A stretch of DNA of 64,000 nt from contig NC_087438.1 of assembly GCF_036321535.1 (NCBI RefSeq), positions 14,324,001 to 14,388,000 on the forward strand, in the 5' to 3' direction. Positions within the stretch are counted from its first letter, which is position 1. Each line of letters begins with the position of its first letter. Below, one piece after another: positions 39,204 to 51,779 of this stretch. A program made the translations under genes and the position numbers. The notes beneath the pieces are model-generated. The model had not been told where the DNA came from, made no database searches, and saw nothing but the letters and a program-made list of their open reading frames with translations. Source of the stretch: Camelus dromedarius. Lineage: Eukaryota.

Positions 39204-40064
39204 TGATGGGAAGAACTTCGTACGAGTGAGTCATCGAGGACATGTTTTGAGTTCCCATTTAAGCTCCAGTCCATGCAGCTCAGTGTACTAACTGCAGATG
39301 GGACTATACATTCCCTGCGAGAGTTTAGAAGCCAACAGTGAAAATGAATCAAAGGTCACCTTTAATCTCACATTGTGATGACTATTAGAGGAACAGAAAT
39401 GTGTACATAATCAACAACACTCAGGCCAAAATAAATATCTATATTTGTTATTTTATGTGAAAATACAAAACATAAAGAATGCAGCCTCTCCAAGAGGATA
39501 AATCAGAGTGTTGCTGGGCAGAGACCTCCAGAGACCCAGGGGTGAAAGAGGATATTTGAGGAGGTATGAAGAAGAATCCAGTCATGATAAAGAAGAAGAC
39601 TTTTTATTTGCTAAGAGGAGCATTTGTATTTTTGTTACTTGCCCGATAGGAAATGTATAAGACAGAGTATTTTAAGCTGATACAGAAAAGTAGATCAGTA
39701 TCTTTGAGGTGCCCGTTTGCAATATAAGGAAAAGCATTGTGCTCAAAACAACCACAGCATGTCTTTCCATCTGAAGAAATCAGATTTCAGGCCAAAAACA
39801 GGGGCTCTAACTCAGTTTCATCTCATACAAGCTGTGCAAAATCATCTTGAATACCAGTCTCCTCAGTGAAACATACAGTTGCTCTGAGGATTATAAGAGA
39901 TCACATACAGAAAAATCCCTAAATCCATGGCCTCTTTTAGAGCTCAGATGTACCCATACATTTGACTCTTTGCTAAGTTAGATCCCTACAAAGATGAAAA
40001 TCGATTCATCTGGTAGCAAAAATGTGTGAACTCAGTTTGTGTTTTGGTGAATGGAGCTAGGATG

Positions 40065-40180
40065 TAATTTCTGTGGAGGAAGGGATTTATGTCAGTTCCA
40101 TTTACTGATATATCCCAAGGACCTAGGGGAGTGCCTGCTACTGATAGTGCCCCCAAAATATGTGTTGAATCAACAGAAAA
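40065..40180 (+). mobile_element. LINE-2 3' end
   Basis: ggaagggatttatgtcagttccatttactgatatatcccaaggacctag...gtgcctg...atatgtgttgaat. Confidence 0.75.
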
Positions 40181-40535
40181 ACAAGGCATTGTATCCCAAG
40201 CAGAAGAGTTTGGTTGCTAACTACCTCCTCCCTGACATGACTTAAGAAAGAGGTATCACTGGATTTGAAATATTAGAGAGAGAGTTCTACTTGCAATGGT
40301 CCCGGGATAAACGCCAGGTACCTAATGATCATATTTATGTGGCTTGTGGGAGTTTTCAACATAAAAACGAGGGTTAGAGATTGAATTAACAAACGGAAGA
40401 TGGTTTGTAATCTATCACCTCTCTCTATACATTTTTTAAGCTTCCTAGTTCACTGATATATTTTCTGCAGGACAAAGGCAAGCATTTAATCAGACTGTTT
40501 CTGCCAAGTAAATGTTTTGTTGTCGTTACCATTAA

Positions 40536-40747
40536 TTTTTTGTTGAAGTATAGGCTATTTACAATGCTGTGTTCATTTCAGGTATACAGCAAAGTGATTC
40601 AGTTACATACACATTCTTTTTTTGATCTCTTTCCATTATAAGTTATTACAAGATATTGAATATCGTTCCCTGTGCTATACAGTAAATCCTTGTTGTTTAT
40701 CTATTTTATATATGGTAGTGTGTATCTGTTAATTCCATACTCCTATT
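40536..40747 (-). mobile_element. 5'-truncated LINE-1 3' end (artiodactyl-type)
   Basis: Reverse complement of the L1 tail seen at 38 kb and 58.5 kb (ttgaagtatag...tacagcaaagtgattcagtt...gttccctgtgctatacagta). Confidence 0.9.
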
Positions 40748-41739
40748 ATCCCTATTCTATTAAGGGAGGTAGTATGAATTTGGTGTTAGCAAGTATGAAA
40801 ATTAAGGTTCCACATACACCCCTCCCTACAACACAAGAGTGTGCCAGCTTTTTTTTTTTTTTTTTTTTAATTGGCTTGCTATGAAGAGGGAAATTTGTGG
40901 CTCAGGAAAAGCTCTGAGTGAATGTAACTAAAAATGAAGAACTGGCACAATTATACAACTGGGGGGGGGTGTATCGATATAGTTGTTCTCTTAAAATCGT
41001 GTCCACACTTTTTTTGAACTTGTCTAGGCAATTTTCTATTTTCTACATTACGTTTGATTTCGAATAAAAACTTTCATACACCATAATGCATTCATGTTAT
41101 ATATATAGAATATATGTTTGAGTGGGTTCTGGTTGGCTTTTCCACAATTTTGATTTTTATAGCCTCATATTTCACTTGGAGGAACAAAAATAAAAATAGG
41201 TTCTCAAATGGTGCATCTGTCTTATTCTGTAATTACTTACAGAGTGTTTTCATTTAAAGTTTCTATATGGCTCTTTCTTTCAGTGGCAAAGTTTGCTGCA
41301 CGAACACACATGCCTTGAGCAGAATTTTTAAAAATCTACCAGATAAAACTTTTCTTTCACTGCTGCTGGGCAGGGACTTCTCATTGAGCAGTGTGCTGAA
41401 TTCGCTTCACAAAGACCACTCTCGTCAATCACCTTCATTTTCCGGTTCCTGAGGACTCCGGCTCTCAGCCTCCATACCACAACCCCATGTTATGTCACTC
41501 CCTGTCTACACTTGCACAACGACTGGGGCCCAGATCGGATCTGACATCACCACCATGTCCTAAAATCGGTTTATGGATATTCAGTGTTCTCAGGAAGGAG
41601 AGATTGCCCTCACCTACTGGGGATGATCACAGTTTCCAATAGGCTGCTTCTAGATCAGTCAACTCACTCTATTGTCCCCAATGGGCATTCCTGGAAAGAC
41701 ATTTCAGCACCACTCTGTTTAATCCAGTAAATTTTTTTT

Positions 41740-41860
41740 TTTTATCTTTCTGAGCCTCAATTTCCTTCATCTGTAATAATAATAACTCACCTATTCATCT
41801 CACAAAGCTATTGTGAAAATAACAAATAAAAGATAAAGTGAAGAAAAGTTCTTTGAAGAC
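41740..41860 (+). mobile_element. MIR SINE fragment
   Basis: tctgagcctcaatttccttcatctgtaa...ctcacaaagctattgtgaaaat. Confidence 0.75.
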
Positions 41861-42748
41861 AGTATACAAAGATACAGTGCTTTTTTTTTTTTTTTAAAGA
41901 AAATCTGGCTAAAATGTCTCTGAACTACAAAGGAATTCTATCAGAAAAGATATATTCAAGGTGGAAGTTTAAAATAGAGTTTCTCTGTGGTATGTAAAAT
42001 GCCATCTTCACCCAAATTTGGGCTTCCACTGAGCTTATTTTCACAATGCTGCAGTGTTTTGACACATCTCTTTGGTATAAATAAATAAATTGACCATCAT
42101 ATGTTGATGAATCATATCTTTTGCAAGACCAAAAGGGGAAATTCATTGTCCATCTACTTCTCCATCTCTGACACGAGTCAAAAACGCTCTACTTACAGGG
42201 ACAAAGCTTGTCAGCACATCACCCTTACTAACTTTTAAGAGCAAAATGTGGGCTTGCGAGTAGTGATAGATCAGAAACTGCATTGCTAAGTTTTCTTAGT
42301 GATTCATGTTACATTAACTGTATTGACTAAAAGTTAAGAAAACTATGAAATCTTAGACAATAAATGCTAAGGCTTTTTAAATTTATTGACCAGAGTAGTA
42401 TTCTCCTCTGGACCACCATATTCAATGCTAATGTTGTATACGCTTTTCAGAATGCTTGTCCAACTTATGACCATCAACTCTTCTCTCAGAATTAATCTCT
42501 GTAAGGGAGAGGTCTAGCAGTCAAGTTTGAATACAATCACCTGGTTGTAGTTGATCAGTCCAAAAGTGGGCTCTTGAGAAATGCTAAAACCACAAAGGTC
42601 TTCCATCCTAAAAATTCTGAATATCTGCATTTGGAATTCAGAAACAGTCCCTATATGTGTCTTGAAGCATATGTAAGATGAAAATGAAATAGCTGTTTTT
42701 CAGTTTTGCTCCACTGTGTGGACAAAGAAGTAGAAATGGTTTGTTGAG

Positions 42749-42759
42749 ACACACACACA

Positions 42760-42796
<37 letters not shown>
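42749..42796. repeat. (CA)n microsatellite
   Basis: About 24 units with one TA interruption. It generates the VCVCVC ORFs in the track. Confidence 0.97.
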
Positions 42797-42798
<2 letters not shown>

Positions 42799-42906
42799 CT
42801 ATTCCACACATACACAGAGTTAGAGCAAGAGACAGTGAGAGCCAGGGTGAGACTGAAAGAGAACCATAGGTCAAACAGAAATAAGAAAAAAAGAGACTGA
42901 CTCTTT

Positions 42907-43381
42907 TGATAGGCTAAAAAATAAAATCCTCCCTCCAAAATACCTCCACATTCTTATCCCTGAAAATTGTGAATGGTATCTCACATCAAAAAAGAAAAAG
43001 AGGGGGTTAATCATTGCAGGTGTGATTAAGGATCTTGAGATGGAGAGATTATCCCAGGTAACCCAGATAGGTCCTAAGTGCACTGACATGTGTCCTTACG
43101 AAATGGATAGAGATGGAGATCGGTTATACAGAGAGAAGAAGAGACTTGAAGAAGCTGGCCTTGATGACCGGATCAATGTAGCCACAAGCCAAGGAATGCC
43201 AGGGAACACATTTTCCCCTCCATCCTCCAGATGGAGCCTGGCTCTGCCAACATCTCAGTTTAAGAACAACAATAACACTTTCAGACTTCCTATCCCCAGA
43301 ACAATGAGAGAACAATTTTTTGTTATTTTAAGTCACTTTGTCTATGGTAATTTTTTACAGCTGCTACATGAAACTAATATA
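42907..43381 (+). mobile_element. MaLR LTR, MLT1D/E-like
   Basis: ttgcaggtgtgattaaggatcttgagatggagagattatcc...gccacaagccaaggaatgcc...gaaactaatata. This element accounts for the 143-aa ORF at 43022. Confidence 0.85.
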
Positions 43382-43799
43382 CCCATTGACTTTAATTTAT
43401 TCTTTCCATGTTCTTTCTGGGATCTGCCTAATTTCTGCCCTTGGGTTCCATGATGCAAGAAAACAGAGTAATTTCACAAATTGTACTTTCTATATCAAGT
43501 TGTGTTCTATTACTAACAACTGACACCAGTATAACAATATTCTATGTGAAAACAATTCAAGTAAATTCATAGGGAAATTAAACATTACACACCAGAGATA
43601 CTGGGTGAGGTTTATATAGGCTTTGTCATGTAAATTGCTTTGTTTAAAGAAATGTGAGTGGATTTGAAATATGTCTCTTATGAGCAGAAGCTTGAAGAGA
43701 CATCATGTTAGAATCTTTCTATTTCCATCTTCCATAAGATCAGCAAGATATCCAAAGCTTAATGATAGAAAGATAATTTAAATATGTATAATGCATCAT

Positions 43800-43901
43800 A
43801 GAATATATAATACTTAATTACACAGCTTCATGGTGGCAACTAGACTAAATATCTGGCCACCATGGCCTTGCCACGCTGACCAGTGAAACTAACCATCACA
43901 G
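43800..43901 (-). mobile_element. MLT2-like LTR terminal fragment
   Basis: aaatatctggccaccatggccttgccacgctgacc...aactaaccatcaca. Confidence 0.6.
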
Positions 43902-44099
43902 GTAGGTTGTGATGTACAAGTTCTTAATTTAATAATCGAAAACTATTGAGTGGGAAGACACATGACCAGAGATTCAGTAAGAATAATCAGTGGGTGAACA
44001 TAAAAAAATTTGTAGAGAAGACCCTTGGTTATCTTCTTTTATATCCATTTCTTCTTTCTTAACTGTTCTTAACTCAGTGTAAATTATATTTTATACCTT

Positions 44100-46400
44100 T
44101 CCAGAACAAACTCTTATACCTATATTTGCAATAATTTCTTCTTAACATTATTAAATGTAATATTCTTACTACTCCGGCATATGAAACAGCTTATTTTCAA
44201 TTATTTATCAGTTATTCAATAATTTGTAATGTCTATTTTTAATTAACCAAGTCCATTCTCAAACAGCACTATGTATCTTCAAGTGTCATGCCGTTGACTT
44301 ATTCCAGAGCATTTTCAATTCCTCCTTCCCATCTCTGTGATATTGCTGTCAGACCTCTCACTCATCTATACACTATAATCACTCAGTTACTATTATTGCT
44401 TTAATAGAACCATTATTTTTAAAAAATAAGTTAAGAATGAAAAACTATGTATTTTTTATTGTCATTTGTTCCTTCTCTAACAATTTCTCTTTTTAGGTAT
44501 ATAATTTTCCTTCTGTCTGGAGAACTTTTAATATTTCCTGCAGAGGTCATTTTCTGGCAATTAATTTTTCAGTTTATATTTGTCTGAGTCTTTATTTCTT
44601 ATTCATTTTTGAAGAATAATTTCATTAGCTATAGAATTTTAGGTTCCTGGTCTTTGTTTTCATTTTTCTTCTAAGAGTTTAAACATTTCACTCCTCTTTT
44701 TCTATCTGCCATTAATTTTGGAAATTTTTAGGCCATTATTAGTTCAAAAGTTTTTTTTTTTTCTCTCTCTTACTTCTCCTTCTGCCCTTCCAATTACACC
44801 TATGTTACACCTTTTCATTCTGACTCATATTTCTTGGATTTTTCTCTTCTTTTTCCCCTATTCTTTTTTCTCTTTACATTTCAGTTTGAAAAGTTACTAC
44901 TAATATATCTTTAAGCTCCTTTGTTGTTTTCTTGGCCATGTCAGGACTATTGATTAGGCAGTATTTGTTTCTCTTACAGCATTTTTAATTTCTAGCATCT
45001 TCTTTTGATTCATTCTTAGAATTTCCATCTCTCTGCTTTTATTATCTACATGTTGCTATATCTTTACTACTATTTTTTCATTAGATCCATTAACATATTA
45101 GTTACTGTTATTTTTAAATAAGTGGCCTGATGCTTCTAAAATCAGTTTTCTCTTTGAATCTGTTTCTGATGACTGTCTATTCTGACTGTGCTTTTCTTGA
45201 CTTTTGTCACACCGAGTATTGTTTTGTGAGAGTGTTTGCTTTTTAACTATAGATGCAAGAAGTTTCAAATTTCTTTATAGTCCTTGCTTTTTGTCTCCTC
45301 CTAACTTTGGCTTTTCCTTCGCACTCTTTCTGAGAGAGTCTGTGTCTTGGAGATCTTTCAGTCATAATCTATGGTTATTATTGTAGAACCACGTTGGTGT
45401 GGTGGTTAGGTGTATGGAAGATGAAGTGTTCCATATTCTTCCAAATAAATCTCAGTTGTTTACTGGGCCTATGTCTCTGGGCTGTGTCTTTCACAAGGGT
45501 TTCTTCACTGGTTTAACTTTTTATTCTGTTGTCCCCAACCCACTTCACTGGCTGCAGCATTTTCCATCTATTTCTTTGTAATCAGGACCCTGGTTGACTA
45601 TGTTTATTTTTCCCCCTTGGAAGAGACATGAAGGTCAGATGGGGCTGGCGTGAGAGAACACCCCTTAGCTCTGCAAGGCTAACGTTCTGGTAAAATATTA
45701 CATTCTAGAGAGCATGCCTCTGTTCTAGCGAATGCTCAGAGTGCCTTTCACAATGATTACTTTTCCTCTACCCAGTTAGACTCACTAGAGTTTTGTTTTC
45801 TCATTTCACCATAAAAACCTGTTGAGGTTCCTTGGGGTAAAGGTCATGAAAGTGTAGGTTTTCCTAAACCTGCAGCCTCAAGATATTTCTCATTCCTGTG
45901 CTTGTCTAGACTCAGGCTCTAATAATTAAAATAGCAGCTGACCCTTGAACAACATGGGTTTGAACTACATGCATCCACTCATGCATAGATTTTTTTCAAT
46001 GTAAATACTATAGTATTACCCACTCCACACCTGGTTGAAGCTGCAGATAGAGAACCATGGATATGGAGGGCCAACTAAAAAATTATACCTGGATTTTCCA
46101 CTGAGCCGGGGTAAGGCATCCCCTAACCCTCATGTTGTTCAAAGGCCAACTATAGGTCACCAATCAAGTCCTCCAACTAGTTTACAGCTCCAGCAGCTTC
46201 TGTTTCAAATAAGCAAATCTTAGCTGTGTCTCTCTGGCTGTACCTCTTTCTGGATATGGGGGTAGCAGTACTCTGTTACCTCAGTTCTCTGATGAGTCTG
46301 ACCAACATTAATCATTTTCAATTTGTTAAACTTTCTCTTATTAAGTGTGGGACTGACAGATTTCAACTTTTCATATGTCACAGCGGAAACAAGAAGTCCC
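44100..46400 (-). mobile_element. Old LINE-1 (L1MC/MD-like) 5' UTR-ORF1 remnant
   Basis: T-rich antisense L1 (tttgaagaataatttcattagctatagaattttaggtt; ttttggaaatttttaggccattatt). A 5'-end-like ggacttcttgtttccgctg lies on the minus strand at about 46400. Confidence 0.7.
45935..46152. mobile_element. Tigger2-family MITE (MER8-like) inserted in L1
   Basis: TIRs cagctgacccttgaacaacatg / catgttgttcaaaggccaacta. Opposite orientation to the 28635 copy. Confidence 0.88.
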
Positions 46401-46576
46401 CTTTTGAAAGACATTCAATTAAATTTGTTACCTTCAACCCTCATCACTCTACTCATTCCCTGCATTATAACATACATTTCCATCAAGCTCTTAGATAACT
46501 TGGGATATTTGCCAATTCCAGCTCTGCTTTCTTTCTCTCATTGACAACAACCTGCCACTCACTAAATTTCCACATA

Positions 46577-47027
46577 CTGAAGGACCCTGACTTATTATGG
46601 TTTAACTTACAATTTTTTGACCTTACAATGGTGTGAAAATGATAGGCCTTCAGTAGAAACCATATTCTGAGTGTTCAATTTTGATATTTTTCTGGCTAGC
46701 GATACCTGACTACACTCTCTCATGATGCATCCTGAGAGTAAACACTTATAACCGCCTGTAAACGTACAACCACCCTGTTCTTCACTTGCAGTATATTATT
46801 CAATAAATTACATGAGCTCATCAACACTTCATTATAAAATAGGCTTTGGGTTAGATATTTTTGCCAACTGTAGACTAAGGTAAATGTTCTATGAATGTTT
46901 AAGGAAAGCTAAGCTAAGCTATAATGTTCAGTAGATTAGGTGTATTAAATGCTTTTTTGACTTATAATATTTTCAAGTTACAATGAGCTTATTGGAACAT
47001 AACCCCATCATAAGTGAAGAAGATCTG
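46577..47027. mobile_element. Tigger5/MER47-like DNA transposon
   Basis: Degenerate TIRs ctgaaggaccctgacttattatgg / ccatcataagtgaagaagatctg, and internal ctaagctataatgttcagtagattaggtgtattaaatgc. Confidence 0.82.
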
Positions 47028-48139
47028 TGCTTGGATGCCACGATTCATTTGCACTTGACTTTTCTAGTGTTTGGAATGTGTTTATCAACCATTGGAACTC
47101 CTATTCATCTTCCATTACAAGCTCCATCATATATTTACCCTGAATCCCCAAGAAGTAATTTTATGAATTGTCTGTATTCATAATCAAAGTATGCATGTTT
47201 CTACTTTAGCACTTACGATTAGTATCACACCTATTTTTATATACCTGTTGCCCAACTAGAATTTGTTTCTCGAATACAGGACATCAGATCTGGGTATCTA
47301 ATAGACACCTTGATATATCAGCGCATGAAATTTGATTACATTGACTTGATGATGCTGCTAGGAGAGTGAGATGGAGTGACATCAAAGGACACAAGAAAAA
47401 TAGGGAGAATATTAAAATATCCTAAGTAAGGGGCACAGAAACTAGCATTTTATTCATGGATGTAGTAATGGGGTTGATATTTGAAATACTATAAATAAGA
47501 AGAATCTATTATTTTTGGTGGCATATAAGTTATGGTATAAGATAGATGGGAGAGTCTACATGACTCTAAGGCTGAGCCAGGTGACATCAATAGTAAAAGT
47601 GAGGGCAGGAAGAATTTTTATGTGGAATTTTGGCTTGTGACAAATGATAGATATGAGGCCATCCAGTGACAAGGATACGGACAGCCTTTTGAATTATTAG
47701 AGCCTGAAGTTCAGAATATAGATTGAGGTTTAGAAGGCAATTGCAGCGAAGGGTTTATTAAGTACAAATTAAATGGGGACAAGACATGGTGGAAAAGGAA
47801 ATAATAAAAATAAAAGAGAGACATCTAAATTATGTACAGTGCATGTAAGAGGTAGAGTTTGGAAAAAAGGTAAAGATAGTGCAATATTATTAAAGTCACT
47901 GAAGGGGAACGTTATAAGAAAGAATTTTATTGATAAAAATATTAATCTCAGCCAAACCTTAAAGCTAAAGTATTTCAATGTTATATAGGCAATTAGAAAT
48001 GTCATATGGAAGAATCATATCACAATAGACAAGAAGAAATCTGTAAAATAGATAAATATACATAATAAAAAATTAAGTAGCTTTCCAGGTCACTTTCTAT
48101 TCAGATAGCATGAGAGAAAGCAAATAATTTGGGGTCTCA

Positions 48140-50247
48140 GCATAAGCAGGAAGCAATGCTAAGGATTTACAGCAAACCCCCAGAAGCTAGGTGAGAGGCA
48201 TGGAATAGTTACTTACTCACAGCTCTCAAAAGGAACCAACTTTACTTCACTTTGATCTTGAACATCTGGCCTCTAGAACCATGAGACAATATATTTTTGT
48301 TGTTTACACCACACAATTTGTGGCAATTTGTTATGACAGCCCTAGCAAACAATACAGATTTTGATACCAACAGTGGGATGCAACTGGAATGAATATTTAA
48401 AAATGTGGAAGTAACTTTGGAATTGGATGTTAAGTAGAAGCTGAAAGAGGTTTGAGGTGTGTGATTCGAAAAGGTCTAGATTGGCTTGAAAAGACCGTTG
48501 ATAAAAATATGGATGTTAACAATAATTCTGATGAATCAGAAAGAAAACAGGAGAGCTATTGAAAAAGTTTCTATTGTCTTAGAAAATATACATACCATCA
48601 TGAACAGAATATTGCTAGAAATAATGGATATTAAAAACAATTCTGGTAGACCACAGATGGAAATGAGAAATGTGTTGTTGGAAACTGGAGAAAATACGAA
48701 TCTTATTACAAAGAGACAAAGGATTTATTTGAATAGTATTTTGTTGTATGAAAAGTAGACCAGTGGGGATAACTTGGACATTTAGCTGAGATTTCCAAGG
48801 AAAGACTGAAGGAATAGAGTGATGTTTCTTTGCTGCTTATAGTGAAATGTAAGAGGAGAGAAATAAATAATAAGAATTCCTCAGCAAAAAGAAACCAGCA
48901 TTTGATGCCTTGAAGGATTTCATTTTATTCAGATAGTGTGCATTTCAAAAAGAGTCAAATAGGTAGCAAGACAACATTTTGCTAAATAGGTGAGGCATGT
49001 AATGCATGACCCATTCAATCATCAGCAGAATAAACATGTAATTATTCAGGAATCATCTGTGAAAGATCCTCTGGCAGGGTGTCTTGGATCTCTGTGAATT
49101 GCATGGGAGGCTAACAAGATTTTTAAGAATTCTGTAAGAGCAGAAACACTGCCAGCCTGGACTGCAGAGACAGAGATGGGGTGAAATGAAGGAAGAATGA
49201 CTTGAGGACAGAGCCATTAAAGGAAAAAATACTGTGAGGTTGGAGTCATGGATCCAGAGAGCAGAACCACTTTATTTCAGGTTCTAGTGGGCAGACTGCC
49301 ACCCAAGGCATAGGGAATGGGGCCATCAAGCAGGAAGGAGGGTGGGAGCTCACAGCCCCGGTCTTAGAGGGTGAGCTTCCTCCCTAGTCAGCCCAGAAAG
49401 CAGAGCATCATCAAACCAAGAAGGATTATCCTCATACCTTAAAATCTAATGGAATTTGCCCTGCCAGGTTTTGGACTTGCTGGAGACCTACAATCCTTTT
49501 TTTTTTTTCTCCCCAATTTCTGATTTCTCTCTTTTGGAATAGAACATCTATCCTATGTCTGTACCATCACTGTATTCTGGAAACAGATAACTTGTTATCT
49601 GGTTTCGCAGGTTCACAGATGGATAGCAAATTTGCTTCCGGATGAATCATATCTCAAGTCTCACCCATACTTGATTTAGATAATACTTAGAAGAGATTTT
49701 AAACTTAAAGTTGGTACTAGAATGAGTTAAGATACTTGGGGGTGTTGGGCTCTGACAAACATTTTGCAATGAGAAGAATATGAATTTTGTGAGGCCAGAA
49801 GGCAGATTGTTATGGGTTGAATTATGCCCCCCAAAATGCACATGTTAAAGTCCTAACCTTAGAATATCGCTTTATTTAAATATAAGTTCTGTACAGAGGT
49901 AATCCAGTTAAAGCAAGGTCATTGGAGCAAATTCTAAGCCAATATGATTGATATTTTTATATTGGGGGAAAATCTGGACACAGATATGCACAAATAGACA
50001 ACATCATATGAACATGAAGACAGAGATCAAGGTGATGGTCTACAAGCCAGGGAACAACAAAGATTAGTAACAAAACACCAGAAGCTATGAGAGACGCATG
50101 GAACAGATCCTCCCATACAGCGCTTAGAAGGAACCAAACTGCTGACACCTTGATCTTGGACTTCCACCCTCCGGAACTGGGAATGATGTATTTCTGTCAT
50201 TTAAAACATCTAGTTTATTGGTCCTTTGCTAAAATCAAACTAATATA
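48140..50247 (+). mobile_element. Near-complete MaLR provirus (MLT1B/C-like): partial 5' LTR, internal region, 3' LTR
   Basis: The LTR piece ends ...gccctagcaaacaataca (48356). The internal region starts gattttgatacc and runs to 49807. The second LTR tgttatgggttgaattatgcccc...aaactaatata spans 49808-50247. Confidence 0.88.
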
Positions 50248-50786
50248 GTATAATATGGGAAAATAAAGCAAGAAAATAATCTTACTTTCTTTAAGAACTA
50301 AAAAAAAGATATTTATACACTTTCATTTAATCATTTAATTATTATTTTTAGTTTATCTTGATATATTTGATATGCTTATAAATTCATGAAGTATCCCAAT
50401 GAACTTTTATTATTATATTTCTTTAATAAGAGGTATTTTTAATGTGTAAAAATATGAATGTTTCAGAACTACACGTAAAAGTGAATTATTAACATTATTG
50501 TATTAAATGTCTTCTGTATATTCACCTAATGTCCTAATTTGTTAATGATATTGATAAAAATTATTCTAAATTTTAATCTTTATAGAAATTTTGTAATCTG
50601 ATACATATATATATATATATAAAAGAAGAGCATTATACCTCAAGAGCACTGATACTGGAGTTTTTTTGTTTCATTTTTTATTTTTGTTTTATTGTGTTTT
50701 ATTCTCAGTACTAAAGATAGTTGTGAGCTTTTTCCCAAATTGCCCTCCCCCCCATTTGACTATGAACACTATTTATAACTAACTTT

Positions 50787-50952
50787 TTCCTCCAGCTTTA
50801 TTGAAATACAATTGATGTAAAATTTTGTAGTTTAAGGTATACAATATGTTTTTTTGATACATTTATATGCTGCAAAATGATTATCACCATAGTGTTAGCT
50901 AACACCTCCATCATTCACATAATTACCTTTTTGTTGTTGTTGTTGTGAAAAC
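50787..50952 (-). mobile_element. 5'-truncated LINE-1 3' end (L1MA9-like) with TSD
   Basis: cagctttattgaaatacaattga...tttaaggtatacaa...tgcaaaatgattatcacc, with a 12-bp TSD ataact(a/g)acttt at 50775-50786 and 50953-50964. Confidence 0.85.
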
Positions 50953-51779
50953 ATAACTGACTTTATGCTATGCATAATGTGGTTCACGAGGGTAAAGGTG
51001 GCTTTCTTATCAATTGGATTCAGTGCGATTTCATTTTGTTTTAGTCATTAAAATTCTTTAAGAATTTGTTTCTGTCTTAAACCTGTGGCATTTTCAATGT
51101 TAAAATGTACTTCAATTAGATATATTTTAATCCGTAAAACATGTGTCTGGTTTTATTGTAATGGGATTAAAGAAGCTGCAAGTCCCCTTTCCAGTCCCCT
51201 GCCCCAGAATTTCATATGGTTATCTGAATATTGCTTTAGTTTTATTTTATTCTTTATTGCCATTCAAAGTCACAGTCATATTTAATGAGTCTGAAGTATT
51301 GCTTTTCTTCATTATTATGGAAAGATTCCTATTGGCCACTGACTTTCTGTATAACTAAATATACTTGAAAGAAAAAAAACACTAAGCTAGTTCTTATCTA
51401 TAGAGACCGTAAGAAAACTAAACTGCAACCTTAGCCTCTTTTTCTAAAAGAAAACAAAACAAAATTACATTAATAAATCATGAAGGAAAATAATAGACCT
51501 TATAATTCTCCAGTTTATTTTCTTTACTTAATTTTATGGGGAAAAAAGCAAATTACAGGGAAATAATCCACTGTTAGATATATTTATTTTAGAAGTCATG
51601 AAAAACTCACAAGATAAAGTCTAGTGTAAGGGGCACAACAGAATTTTATAATATTCTTAATGTACTTTTAACCACTGATATCAACATGATCAAATGATGA
51701 CTTGTCACCATCTCCATTTTCAAGCAATCTTTTTTTCTTTTTTTTTTTAAATTAGCTTATTTCCCTTTGGGATTTTGTC

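Noticed and set aside
43022..43453. Longest ORF (143 aa)
   Set aside because: Lies mostly within an MLT1D/E-like LTR and is a chance open frame.
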